This document shows, piece after piece, positions 37,907 to 49,495 of a stretch of 64,000 nt of DNA. Source of the DNA: Utricularia gibba (lineage: Eukaryota > Plantae > Magnoliophyta); assembly GCA_002189035.1 (NCBI GenBank), contig NEEC01000002.1:1612001-1676000 (forward strand), given 5' to 3'. The translations under genes and the position numbers were made by a program. Every line of letters starts with the position of its first letter. Within the stretch, counting starts at the first letter, position 1. The notes beneath the pieces are model-generated. The model was not told the DNA's origin. It made no database searches and saw nothing but the letters and a program-made list of their open reading frames with translations.

Positions 37907-40900
37907 ATGGCGATTGCGGCGGCGATCGTGATTGTTCCTCTGGGCTTTCTCTTTTTTCTATCTGGGCTCGTCGTCAATTTTGCCCAGGTTTTTTATGTTT
38001 TCCGGCATTTTTTCACTTTGTTGAACCATTATGTGGATTGCGGTGGGATGAGGTGATTTAAGCGTTTCCTTTGATTGTCGTCAGGAAAATTATACCATTC
38101 TGTAACCCGCTCCTCTAATTTCATTTTTTGCATTTTCTGAATCTGGGACAATGCTTAATTGTCATAGTTTACCCTTAACATCTTATTGAAGTCCAAATTA
38201 TTGTGCCAAAAACTAAATTAAGGTAAATTGTGCTGATGACTGAAAAAGCCTGTTTATTGAAGGTGCTTGCTTAATGATGATAAGTAAAGAGCTTGTTTTT
38301 ATCAATCAATGTGTTAATAAGTATCGATATTTTCAAATGTCAGGCACTACTTTATCTGCTGATAAGGCCGTGGTCAAGAAACATTTTCAGGATGATCAAC
38401 AGGATTATAGTAGAGTTTTTGTGGCTGGAGCTTGTTTGGCTCGTTTATTGGTGGGCTGGTGTGAAGGTGATTCATATGGAAATTGTTGCACGCCGAATAA
38501 TTTTCACAATCAATGACTTGTTATGCGTTTAGATTGTGTGCCATTAAAAATTTGAGACCTTTGGGGACTTTTAATACTAGATGGGTTGTAGTTTTGGAAT
38601 CGTTCTTCTCTCGAGCTGGAAGTTACCTGTTGCCGGTAGGTAGGTAAAGTGATTTAGAATCTTCAAACGAAGAACATGATTTAGAATAATGTTTCCCACT
38701 TTCCATATGCATTTACAAGTAGCATGAGAGTCTACGTGAATTTATCTGAAGTAAATAGGAGTCATGCTTCCATCTTTTTAATATGAGTTTAAGAATCATG
38801 CTGCCATTTTAAAAGTATTGTATTGTACTTATGGCTGCAGATAGAACTGGATACTGATCCTGAAACCCTCAAATTGATGGGTATGGCTTGCTCCTAATGA
38901 TTCATTTCATTTCCTCATTTTCTGAACCGTCACATTTCTCATGGTGGACCTCCCAGGTAAGGAACATGCGCTTGTGATTTGTAACCACCGAAGTGATATT
39001 GATTGGCTTGTTGGATGGGTTCTGGCGCAGGTTGAGTTCTCCATTGTTGTTACAGCACTTTATATGGATAATAAATATTTAGCTGTTGCTCTGGGTCATC
39101 TATTTTTTTGGAAAAAGAGTTTTTTAACTCAACTTGAGGTTTTATTGTACTGTGATCTTTCAAAACATTTTCTTCAAATAAGCCTGTATTAGGATATTCG
39201 TTCTTACTGAGGCATATGTTGATGATCTCTTGAATTTCTAATGCCAGCGGTCAGGCTGCCTTGGTAGCACATTAGCAATAATGAAGAAGTCGTCAAGGGT
39301 CCTTCCTGTAAGTGGTATCACTCTTCTGGTTTTATAATTGTTTGAAATATTTTTTCTTGTCATGCTTTAAAGAACACAGAGTTCGACTTGGCTGCCTTCG
39401 CGTCTATGTGAATTAAATTTGTCCACAAACATGAAAAGAAATAGAAACTCTGAAGCGATTGCAATATTTCTAAAAATCTATTTCTCTTTCTTTACTGCAA
39501 GTTGTTGGAAAAGGGTGCTGGATATTTTCAGAATATATCCTTTCATGTTTGTCTTTACTAAATTTGAGTAAGAGACTTCTTTATTCTCCTTACCATGCTA
39601 AGAAATGTTACACTTGGCACAAAGTAAAATGCAGCTTGCATGGCAATATTTTATCTTTTTTTTTTTTGAAGGTGATAGGATGGTCTATGTGGTTCTCTGA
39701 ATATGTTTTTCTTGAAAGAAACTGGGCCAAAGATGAAAGCACATTAAAGGTATGGAGGAATACTATCTAGTAATGAATTTTTTATCCTGTCCTCGGGTTT
39801 TAGAGTTAACAGGTCATTTCCTGTTTTTTTTTTTTTTTGAGGTGTTACAAGTAAACTAATTGTCTCTTGAATAAAAAACTTGTGGCAGGCAGGTTATCGG
39901 CAGCTGAATGATTTTCCAAGACCATTTTGGCTCGCTCTTTTTGTTGAGGGTACTCGCTTTACACAGGCCAAACTTTTAGCAGCTCAGGAGTATGCATCCT
40001 CAGCAGGCTTACCCATCCCCAGAAATGTTTTAATTCCCCGTACCAAGGTTTGGTGATATTTCTAGTTTCTTCTGCATCAGCTCTAGAATGCATTGTTTCA
40101 AAAGATCATGCGGTTCAGTTTGTTCTTGGTATTGTTTCAAAAGATCATGCGAATTCCAGGGATTTGTTACTGCCGTGAATCACATGCGTTCATTTGTTCC
40201 TGTCATCTATGATATAACTGTTGCCATTGGGAAATCTTCTCCACCACCAACAATGCTCCGACTCTTTCAAGGGCAGTCTTCTGTGGTAAGACCATTTATG
40301 TTTCAAAAGAAACTGATTAATGTGGTGGGATTGTTCAAGAACATAACAATAATGTGCCTCTTGAAATTTGTGGGTACCTTACATTTTTATAAACCATGTT
40401 TCTTTTGTTCTTGGTTCCACTATGGCTGCAATGTTGCATTTCTCAATGGGGCGGACTCGCCCTCTCAAGAATTGGTATATCAAACTTATTGCAACGGCAA
40501 AGGCATCCATGCATATTGTTTTATGTAGTCCCTCAGTTGCCTGATCATAATATTTCTTTTGAGAGCTTGCATTGGAATTTTGGTGTCAGATTCTTGTAAT
40601 TTTCCATTTCAGGTACATGTGCATATCAAGCGATGTCTAATGAAGGACTTACCGGATGATGATGAGGCAATCGCTCAATGGTGCAAGGATGCCTTCATCG
40701 CCAAGGTTCAAACTCTTTGATGATTTTATATCCGTAGAGCAGCCATCTTAAACCAAATGAATTTGGATTCCTTTCCCTATCTTAAAAAACTGTTCTTGCT
40801 GTGGCTTCTGCCACCAGGATAAACTATTGGACAAGCATAATGCTGAGAATTCATTCGGAGGACAACTTCAAGATACAGGCCGCCCCATGAAGCCCCTTCT

Positions 40901-41197
40901 GGTGCCATTCTTACTTCTTTGACTGGATGGATCTCTTCTTTCATTACCTTCCCACCTTGTCTAACTCAGGATCACGTTGTGCAACAACAGGTAGTCTGTT
41001 GTTGGTCGCTTTTACTCATCCTGGGAGCGTGGAAACTGGTTCACCATTTCACTGTTTTCTCATCATGGAAAGCCGCAACCATTTCCGCCATTGCTCTCGC
41101 AGTGGTTACGATTCTGATGCAAATCCTGATTCAGTTCTCCCAGTCGGAGCGATCCACCTCGGAGAAGAAAGCCCGTCTGAGTTCCAAAAATGGCTAG
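37907..41197 (+). CDS. LPAT2: 1-acyl-sn-glycerol-3-phosphate acyltransferase 2 (ER LPAAT), 11 exons
   Basis: [13 protein letters not shown] start (exon 1 37907-37987); motifs [33 protein letters not shown]. All junctions are GT-AG and in frame. Confidence 0.95.
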
Positions 41198-41642
41198 AAG
41201 GAAGCAGCCAGTGGATGCTGCTATATCCAAAGAAAGACCAGTACGTGTACGTGTATGTCTAGCTAATGCACCGGCTCGACCGGGTCTAATCGTTCTTACC
41301 GGGTCGGTCGCGTTCCAGAAGCAAGGACGCTTTCGTTATTTATATTTGTGCATTATAAAAAACTATGTATTGGGACCTCGAATTTTTCATTTTTTTGTTG
41401 GTGTATTTCCCAATTTAACCTCGTAAGTCATTGGTCTCCGGACATCCGAGAAGGAAAATAATAATATAATTATTATTGAATGGTTTCCAAAAATATTTAC
41501 AATTTGGGCGGTTGTTGAAAGACGGGGCTGATTCATAATTTTATGAAATGCAGGGACTGGAGCAAAAATAAATTTTAAGCCATGAGCGGCGTGCCCTAGT
41601 TTCAGACTTTCAGTTGAGAGGGTGGGTGCTTTGGGCGAGAAG

Positions 41643-42948
41643 ATGAGTCGGAGTCTTGGAATTCCGGTGAAGCTCCTTCACGAGGCGTCGGGGCATATCG
41701 TAACGGTGGAGTTAAAGAGTGGCGAGCTTTATCGAGGAAGCATGGTTGAGTGCGAGGATAACTGGAATTGCCAACTCGAAAACATCACCTACACCGCTAA
41801 GGTACTTTCGGTTTTTCGATAGCCTTTTTTTTCCTGAAAATGTGATAGAGTTTCCTAAATGTCGCCTTTTTTTTATTTGGGTGATGTAGATTTTGTCGAG
41901 TTCTATTTCGAGTTTTTTTTTTGCTGCCGTCTTTATTTCTGGATAGGCAGTTCAAAGCCAACTCTTTTTAGGAGATGTAGATTTTACTGCAGGAAGTTTG
42001 GGAGTTGGTGGTGTGCGTTTCCTTTGATATATTTCTGTTTGCTTCATGTTTTGGAAGGGAACAATTCTATGAAGAAAATGCTGGCCGAGACTCCTAGTTT
42101 AAATATCGTGTTTAATAAAGGTCCCCAACTGAGATTTGTGTAGCTGGTCGAAACCTTTTTGCTCATTGACTATGATGACACGGTACTAGTTCATCGAGAT
42201 CCTTTCCTCGCTCATTGAACATGAGCTGCTGTTGAGATTGAAGTTTAAGCACATGATAATTATTTAAATGTAGGTCTACAGATGTCATATTTTTTATGTT
42301 GGTCTGCAAGTTGTTTAGGGCTGTGTATGGATCAAACCATTTGTGTTGGGTTTTCCGGTGAGCTGTACTTTAAGTCGGTTAACATGCGCTTCAGGAATCA
42401 ATTGATTGTATCCGCACTCTCGTATTTTTTATGTGTATTTAAACGTGCTACTACATTACAGGATGGAAAGGTCTCACAGCTGGAGCATGTTTTCATCAGA
42501 GGAAGCAAAGTGAGGTGCATGCTTGCTTCCATACTTCATTCCTTCTTTTTTATCGGTTTTCACAGGTTTTATTAATACTGATCCTTCAGATTTATGGTAA
42601 TACCTGACATGCTCAAGAATGCTCCAATGTTTAAACGACTGGAAGCTAGAATTAAGGTAGTCATTTTTCTGCAACACTTCATGATCAAAGTTGCTCTGGC
42701 TTTCTCCTCATTGACCTCATTATGATCCATAACTCGCAGGGTAAAAGCTCCACTGTTGGAGTTGGACGTGGCCGTGCTGCTGCCATGCGAGCCAGGGTAT
42801 GTTCACTCACACTCATGACTCATATGCACCTTCACTTGGTTTACAGAATTCATTTTCTCATATCTAAGACTGCATTTTTCGACAGGCTCAGGCTGCTGGC
42901 CGTGGTGCACCGCCTGGCCGCGGCGCTGTTCCACCCGTGAGGAGATGA
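41643..42948 (+). CDS. SmD3: Small nuclear ribonucleoprotein Sm D3, 5 exons
   Basis: [18 protein letters not shown] (exon 41643-41801); exon 42462-42514 FIRGSKVR; exon 42590-42656 [12 protein letters not shown]; RG-rich tail ending PPVRR* at 42948. Confidence 0.96.
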
Positions 42949-43200
42949 CCCTACTTTTTAACTGCAGGAATCTAATGTACTTGTGTTTTCACTGTATCAC
43001 CGTTTGACTTAGCCCTTTTACGCCTCTTAGATTCCCATCTGCTTGTTATTTCCTAAACGCTGAAGCTCTCTGCTATTTTGTGTCATATGTTTTTTTTCTT
43101 ATGTTTTTTCGCGGGAAAATTATTTTTAATGAGCTTTATTATTTAAAAATAATAAAATAAAATCATTAAACGTACTACGTTGTGCTTTTTGCGTGTGGAT

Positions 43201-43382
43201 TGGGCCTTCTGGAAATTATTTGGCCCAAATCGTTTGTTTGAAATTGAGCTTTCTGGTCAACCGTTTGCGGCCCAGAGAATTCGTTCGTCGTCGTCTTCAA
43301 AACCCTGAACCTTATTAGCCGTGTGAAGTGTGCGGATCTTTCGCGTTTTTGGACACCTCTGGTGTGCGTTAAGGAAACCCTA
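43201..43382 (+). promoter_or_regulatory. Site II / telo-box module upstream of CBF5
   Basis: TGGGCC at 43201-43206, GGCCCA at 43222-43227 and 43269-43274, AAACCCTA at 43375-43382. This combination is typical of ribosome-biogenesis genes. Confidence 0.6.
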
Positions 43383-43401
43383 TTTTGTGTTGGCAGCCGC
43401 C

Positions 43402-45205
43402 ATGGCTGGAATCGAGCTTTCCCAACCTGAGAATGCGAAGAAGAAGAAAAGCAAGTCGAAGGAAGAAGATGATAACTCCACTGTTGATTTCATGATAAAG
43501 CCGCAGAGCTTCACTCCGTCTATCGATTCCTCACAATGGCCGATCTTGCTGAAGAACTACGAGAAGCTTAATATACGAACGGGGCACTACACGCCTCTTC
43601 CCTCTGGTTGCTCTCCACTCAAGCGGCCTTTGCTGGAGTATATCAAGTATGGGATTTTAAATCTCGATAAGCCAGCGAATCCTTCGTCTCACGAAGTTGT
43701 GGCGTGGATTAAGCGCATTTTTCGCGTCGAGAAAACCGGCCATTCAGGCACGCTCGATCCTAAGGTCACAGGTAACTTGATTGTTTGTATTGATCGCGCT
43801 ACGCGTTTGGTGAAGTCGCAGCAAGGTGCAGGGAAGGAGTATGTTTGCGTTGCCCGATTGCATTCGCGTGTTGATGAGGTTTCTAAAGTTGGTAGGGCGC
43901 TAGAAACTCTGACAGGCGCGCTTTTTCAGCGTCCGCCATTGATTTCTGCTGTCAAAAGACAGCTTAGGATTAGAACCATTTATGAAAGCAAGCTGCTTGA
44001 GTATGATACCGATAGGCATTTAGTTGTTTTCTGGATTTCCTGCGAGGCGGGTACATATGTGAGGACCCTCTGTGTCCATTTGGGCCTTTTACTAGGCGTT
44101 GGTGGCCATATGCAGGAGCTGAGGAGAGTGAGATCTGGGATTCTTGGGGAATGATAATATGGTCACGATGCACGACGTAATGGATGCACAGTGGATGTAC
44201 GACAATTCCAGAGACGAGAGCTATTTGAGACGGGTAGTCATGCCTTTGGAAGTTCTGCTAACTAGTTATAAGAGGCTGGTGGTGAAGGACTCAGCCGTTA
44301 ATGCCATCTGCTACGGTGCTAAGCTGATGATTCCAGGTTTATTGAGGTTTGAGAATGACATTGAGGTGGGAGAGGAAGTGGTTTTGATGACCACCAAGGG
44401 GGAAGCCATTGCATTGGGCATCGCTGAAATGACGACTGCAGTCATGGCCACTTGTGATCATGGAACGGTTGCAAAGATCAAGCGAGTGGTCATGGATAGG
44501 GATACCTATCCTCGGAAATGGGGATTGGGTCCGAGAGCATCTTTGAAGAAAAAGCTTATTGCAGAAGGAAAACTAGACAAACATGGCAAGCCAAATGAGA
44601 ATACCCCGGCTGAATGGCGTAGGAACGTTGTTTTACCAGCTGGAGGTGATGCTGTCGTCGCTAGTCTCGCTGCACTCCCGAATACTGTGAGTTCCGAGAA
44701 TGCTGAAGTTGATGGTGGAAAGGACAAGAAGAAACACGAGGAAAAGGAAGACGCTGGTGGACATGCAGGAGGGCACAAGCGCAAACATGATGCAGTTGAT
44801 GGCAGCCCCGTGGTGGAGGCAGATGCTGCTAAAAAGATGAAGCTGCAAGGATCTGAAGAAACAGATGGAAAGGAGAAGAAAAAGAAGAAGAAGAAAGACG
44901 GTGCAGAAGAGGCTGTAGCAGTTGAGGAGGAGAAATCAGAAAAGGAGAAAAGAAAGGAGAAAAAGAAGAAAGAGGGTGGGGAAGAAGCTGTAGCAGTAGA
45001 GGAGAAATCAGAAAAGAAGAAGAAGAAGAAGGAGAGCGTAGTCGAAGCTGTAGCAGCTGAGGACAAACCAGGAAAGGAGGAGAAAGGGAAGAAGGACAAA
45101 AAGAACAAAGATGAAGAACCAGTGACCAGAACTGATCAGGATGCACCTGCCAAGAGTGAGAAGAAGGAGAAGAAGAAGAAGAAGCACAAAGTCGAGCAAG
45201 AGTAG
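43402..45205 (+). CDS. CBF5: H/ACA RNP pseudouridine synthase Cbf5/dyskerin, intronless, apparent frameshift at 44146-44154
   Basis: [29 protein letters not shown] (catalytic Asp), CEAGTYVR; PUA domain and [12 protein letters not shown] in the second frame; KKE/D tail. The frame breaks at ILGE|TGA. Confidence 0.93.
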
Positions 45206-46009
45206 TGAGTCCGGCATTTCATTTTATACATTCTGCTGCTGGATCTTTATCCATAACCATGACCATGACCATGAACATAGCCTAGTTTTGGTTTTGTGAT
45301 CCTGAGAATTTTATTCCTGGCGCCATATTTTCCCTCTCTTTACCCTCACACATGCGCATGAATAACTACTCCAAGAACAGGAAAGACCAATTACCCGCTC
45401 TCCTGATATTAGCCCGTATCAATAAAAGCTCGTTTTTACCATCAGTAATTTCCTGCTAAAACGTTCAGGGTAAAAGCAAACTGTGCATGATCGTTGCTGT
45501 GCGATAGTAACACTTTGCAGAAGACTGCTTAAACTACGATGCTATTTACCTGAAATCCTTGACACAAGCCAGCAAACGCAACAGCTGAAACGTCAACCAA
45601 AGCAAAAAGCAGGAAGATCACAGAAAGATACACGTTTTTTTTTTCTTTTTTTGTTCCAAAGCAACACAAATAACAACAATACAAAGATCAAGAGGATCGT
45701 CGTGATCAGGACCTGTGTGCTCATGAAATCTACACAAAAGGAGGCTTTTTCAATCACAACCATGTCACAAGTGCTCTTTCGCAGAGGGCAATGAAGCTTC
45801 AAAATAATCTCTATGAAATACCCAGTGCATTAACAAAGTTTAAGCCTTTGATTATAGGTTTCAACATGGAAGGCACATGCTTTTCTTTCAATTACATTAT
45901 TCACTCGGGCACCACATTCGAGTAGTTTAAATGGAACCTCGCTTCGAAAAGAAAGATTAGCAAAAACGAACGAAACTGACCACATCCGCATCCGCCGATG
46001 GCGCTTAAT

Positions 46010-46353
46010 TCAGTCAGACTCGGTGGTTTGAGCCTCCTCCAGCTGAAGCCGCTCGAGGGCTTTCTGATGAGCCCAGGTCTCGATCGTTAGATCGGGCTTG
46101 GCATTGAGGCCAACTCCGAGAATCACAATCGCCAGGAAGCTAGTGATATAGCAGGGAAGCTCCCAGTCCTCCCACTTCCGAGATTCCCCGGAGGCGGCGG
46201 CGTTCTGTTGTAGGCGAATCCCTTGGGGCTCTCCTCGTGACCCGGCGTCGCCCAGCGGCTCGGACCGCCGTCACTTCCACGGGTACGAAGCGATGAGGTG
46301 ATCCGGGACCGGAGAGTGCTCGAAACGGAGGCGAAGGTGTTGAACGGCGGCAT
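46010..46353 (-). CDS. NDUFB11: Mitochondrial complex I ESSS subunit (NDUFB11 homologue, ~114 aa), apparent 1-nt frameshift at 46186-46189
   Basis: GPSRWATPGHEE..KG..NRTPPPPG, then in the shifted frame SRKWEDWELPCYITSFLAIVILGVGLNAKPDLTIETWAHQKALERL, ending at TGA 46010-46012. Confidence 0.9.
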
Positions 46354-46574
46354 TCTTAGGCCGAGGAATGGAGCTTCTTCAGTCGAAGTGATTTGGGGAT
46401 TTGCAACTCGTGTTGGACGGATACGGCGTCGTCTACAATGAACTCTTAGAGGTGGGGGATTGGACTCCTTTACGGGCGGCCTATGTTAATGGCCCAAATA
46501 TTAAATGGGGCGAGTCTCTCAGAAAAAAACAATTTCGGGCCCAATCATTCAGAAACACAAGATGTGCCAACATT

Positions 46575-46757
46575 TCTGCTGAAGCTTCATTCGGTCTCGA
46601 AATGCCGCCGTTGCACCCGTTCGCCGGCGCTTCGACCACTCACCGGTCCAGGATCAGCCAACTGTTTCGAACCACGTGGAAGTGGCGACGCGCCAAGCCG
46701 ATGGCCGGCGCATGGCCACGAGGAACGACGCGACTCAAGGGATTTAGTCCTTCAACC
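46575..46757 (+). pseudogene. Inverted 5'-partial degenerate copy of NDUFB11
   Basis: From ATG 46602, 94/123 nt (76%) match the first 41 codons of NDUFB11 by hand alignment, with a 1-nt insertion after codon 24. The 5'-UTR motif gaagctYcattc is shared. Confidence 0.85.
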
Positions 46758-47030
46758 GTAATTGGTCATGGCTTTGAGACCACATTCATGGTTGTTGTTG
46801 TCTAAATTTTTAAATTCTTTACCTGGCAGAGTAGGAACACTCATTCTGCTCTGATGGCGATGAGCATATAATAGTTTTTTGTTGAGATGAAAACTGAATC
46901 AAGTTAAAGCTTTCTTATCCTCGACTGCGTGGATATAATTACTTTTTGAGAAGGAAAGGGTCTAGAGTTGCAGTGTTGAACCGCACGTGGGCTATCATTT
47001 TGCAAAAGTTCCCTCCTGCTGCAGTGGACT

Positions 47031-49298
47031 ATGATGAAAATATTGCACTCCAAGTCGACATGTTCTTACCATGCTGGCAGTTGTATTGCTCGGGATACTT
47101 CAAAATGTAGTCTCTCAGTTAATCTTAAACTAAGATCCTTATGCAGGCAAAAACTTTTCAGAGATGCCCTTCAGGTTTTTGATGTTCTAGAAGAGAATGC
47201 GGACAGTGGAATAGGTTCACGGACCTATATTCATCTATTATCTGTTTCTTCATCTATGAAATCAGTAGACTATGGAAGGCGAACTCATTTGCATATGTTA
47301 AACTCTGGCGTGCTCCCAAACATGATCCTTGAAAATCATATTGTAAATATGTATGGAAAATGTGGGTCTATGGATGATGCCAAGAAAGTGTTTGACAGCA
47401 TGAGCGAAAGAAATGTAGTGAGTTGGACTTCACTCTGCGCTGGTTACGCACAGAATGGTCTGAGTATAGAAGCTATAAATTGCTATAAGGAAATGTTGCG
47501 GTCTGAATTTATGCCTGATCACTTTACCTTTGGAAGTGTGATTAAAGCTTGCTCGGGTTTGGATGAGGCTGTGTTAGGGAAGCAGTTTCATGCCCATGTG
47601 ATTAAATCTGAATTTGGTTCCCATCTTATAGTTGAAAATGCTCTAGTATCAATGTACACCAGATACAGTATGATTAGTGAGGCCTGCAAAGTTTTCTGCC
47701 AAATCAAGTCGAAGGATTTGATATCCTGGAGTTCAATGATTGCAGGTTTTTCGAAACTAGGTTATCAGTTTGAGGCTCTATCTTGTTTCAGAGATATGGT
47801 TTATCTTGGTATCTACCAACCAAACGAGTTCATTTTTGGTAGTCTTTTCAGTGCTTGTGGAACTCTCGTCCAGCCAGAGTACGGAAGACAGATACATGGA
47901 ATGAGTATCAAATATGGTCTTCAAGGAAATGCTTTTGCAGGTTGTTCCCTGGCTGATATGTATGCAAAATGTAGTTTTTTATACTCCGCAAAGGCAGTAT
48001 TCAACCTGATTGAAGACCCTGATTTAGTATCATGGAATGCACTGATAGCTGGATTTTCCTATGGTGGTAATGCAATTGAAGCGCTTTCAATCTTTTCCCA
48101 GATGAGGGTTCTTGGTATGGAACCTGATGATATCACTGTACGGTCTTTGCTTTTTGGCGTTACTCTCTCACAAGGAAAGCAGTTGCACTCCTATGTGATA
48201 AAGACTGCACTCAGTCTTGACCTACCAGTATGCAATACATTACTCACAATGTACGCAAATTGCTCAGATAGCATGAATGCTTGTAGGATATTTGAAGAGA
48301 TTCAGAGCAATGCAGATATAGTTTCTTGGAATGCGATAATTACTATGCTCTTGAATGAGAACCAACTTTCAGAAGTTGTTGCACTATTTAAAACATTGTT
48401 GATCTCTCGCTTGAGACCTGATCACATTACTTTGTCTTGCCTACTGGGTGCTTGTGGAAGATTTAACTCTTTGGAGATGGGTGATCACGCTTATTCTTTT
48501 ATTAAAAAAATTGGGATTGAAAGTGATATTTTGGTCATGAATGGATTGATTGACATGTATGTGAAATGTGGGTATCTGGAAGGAGCTAGAAAGCTCTTTC
48601 ACAGTGCTCAATTTCTTGATGTAGTCTCTTGGAGCAGTATGATCCTGGGATATTCCCAGTTTGGTTTTGGAGAAGAGACGCTGAGTTTCTTTACAAGGAT
48701 GAAGAAACAAGGACTAAAACCAAACCAAGTAACTCTTGTTGCCGTTTTGAATGCTTGTAGTCATGTTGGTCTTGTAGACGAAGGGATGCAGTTGTTCAAC
48801 TCTATGCAACAGGAGTATGACATTATGCCTACACGAGAACATTTTTCCTGCATCATCGACTTGCTTTCTCGAGCCGGCCTCATACATGAAGCTGAAGCTT
48901 TTATTGACAAAATGAAACTAGAACCAGATATCGTGATGTGGAAAACTCTCCTATCTGCCTGTAAAATTCGAGGGAACGTAGAAGTTGGAAAACGGGCTGC
49001 AGAGAAGATCTTGCAGATCGACCCTTCCAACTCCGCTGCTCATGTGCTGCTTTCCAGCCTCTATGCTTCTTCCGGGGGTTGGAAAGATGTGGCAAGAGTA
49101 AGAAGTTCGATGAGGGAAAGGGGTGTAAGAAAAGTTCCAGGTCAGAGCTGGATTCAAATCAAGGACAGCATCCATGTTTTCTCAACTGAAGATGGATTGC
49201 ATTCAGAAAGGATCAGCATATTTCCTTTGCTCGAACAACTATCGTTGCATATTCTTGATGCTGATGCCGCGCTATTCGTAGACTACTACTATCTCTAG
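47031..49298 (+). CDS. PLS-class pentatricopeptide repeat protein, E subclass, intronless
   Basis: 755-aa ORF with PLS repeats (NVVSWTSL, DLISWSSMIAGF, DLVSWNALIAG) and an E-domain ending VRKVPGQSWIQI. Confidence 0.93.
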   Translation: MMKILHSKSTCSYHAGSCIARDTSKCSLSVNLKLRSLCRQKLFRDALQVFDVLEENADSGIGSRTYIHLLSVSSSMKSVDYGRRTHLHMLNSGVLPNMILENHIVNMYGKCGSMDDAKKVFDSMSERNVVSWTSLCAGYAQNGLSIEAINCYKEMLRSEFMPDHFTFGSVIKACSGLDEAVLGKQFHAHVIKSEFGSHLIVENALVSMYTRYSMISEACKVFCQIKSKDLISWSSMIAGFSKLGYQFEALSCFRDMVYLGIYQPNEFIFGSLFSACGTLVQPEYGRQIHGMSIKYGLQGNAFAGCSLADMYAKCSFLYSAKAVFNLIEDPDLVSWNALIAGFSYGGNAIEALSIFSQMRVLGMEPDDITVRSLLFGVTLSQGKQLHSYVIKTALSLDLPVCNTLLTMYANCSDSMNACRIFEEIQSNADIVSWNAIITMLLNENQLSEVVALFKTLLISRLRPDHITLSCLLGACGRFNSLEMGDHAYSFIKKIGIESDILVMNGLIDMYVKCGYLEGARKLFHSAQFLDVVSWSSMILGYSQFGFGEETLSFFTRMKKQGLKPNQVTLVAVLNACSHVGLVDEGMQLFNSMQQEYDIMPTREHFSCIIDLLSRAGLIHEAEAFIDKMKLEPDIVMWKTLLSACKIRGNVEVGKRAAEKILQIDPSNSAAHVLLSSLYASSGGWKDVARVRSSMRERGVRKVPGQSWIQIKDSIHVFSTEDGLHSERISIFPLLEQLSLHILDADAALFVDYYYL

Positions 49299-49495
49299 GG
49301 AAGTACATAACATTGTATGCTACAGACTCATGCATTCCTTGGATTGCGTCACTCATCACGTTGTCAAAGCTTTTTAACAGAGAGAGGCAACCTTTTTTTT
49401 GTTTCTGGTCTTTCTATTTCTGCCCCTCCTTGTGAAGTGAGGGTACCATGCGTTACAATAAGATCAGAATGGCCGAGAGTATATGCTTAAGGGAG

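Noticed and set aside
39535-39543. ATATCCTTT as a U12 intron donor in LPAT2
   Set aside because: It lies in mid-intron. The flanking exons already join in frame through GT-AG sites.
41622-41642. Upstream extensions in the ORF track (SmD3 41622, CBF5 43330, TZF 34687, NAGK 29506, SPL 50832)
   Set aside because: They start at GTG/TTG codons or at ATGs in probable intron/leader sequence. Homology begins at the downstream ATGs reported above.
44146-44161. Programmed ribosomal frameshift in CBF5 (or in the other broken genes)
   Set aside because: No X XXY YYZ slippery site or downstream structure is evident, and several unrelated genes show the same deletion-at-run pattern. Assembly error is more parsimonious.
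44506-45217. Long antisense ORFs over the CBF5 tail (and similar ORFs antisense to SIP2, the TZF gene and the PPRs)
   Set aside because: Shadows of low-complexity or GC-rich sense coding sequence (poly-Phe/Ser/Leu) with no independent signals.
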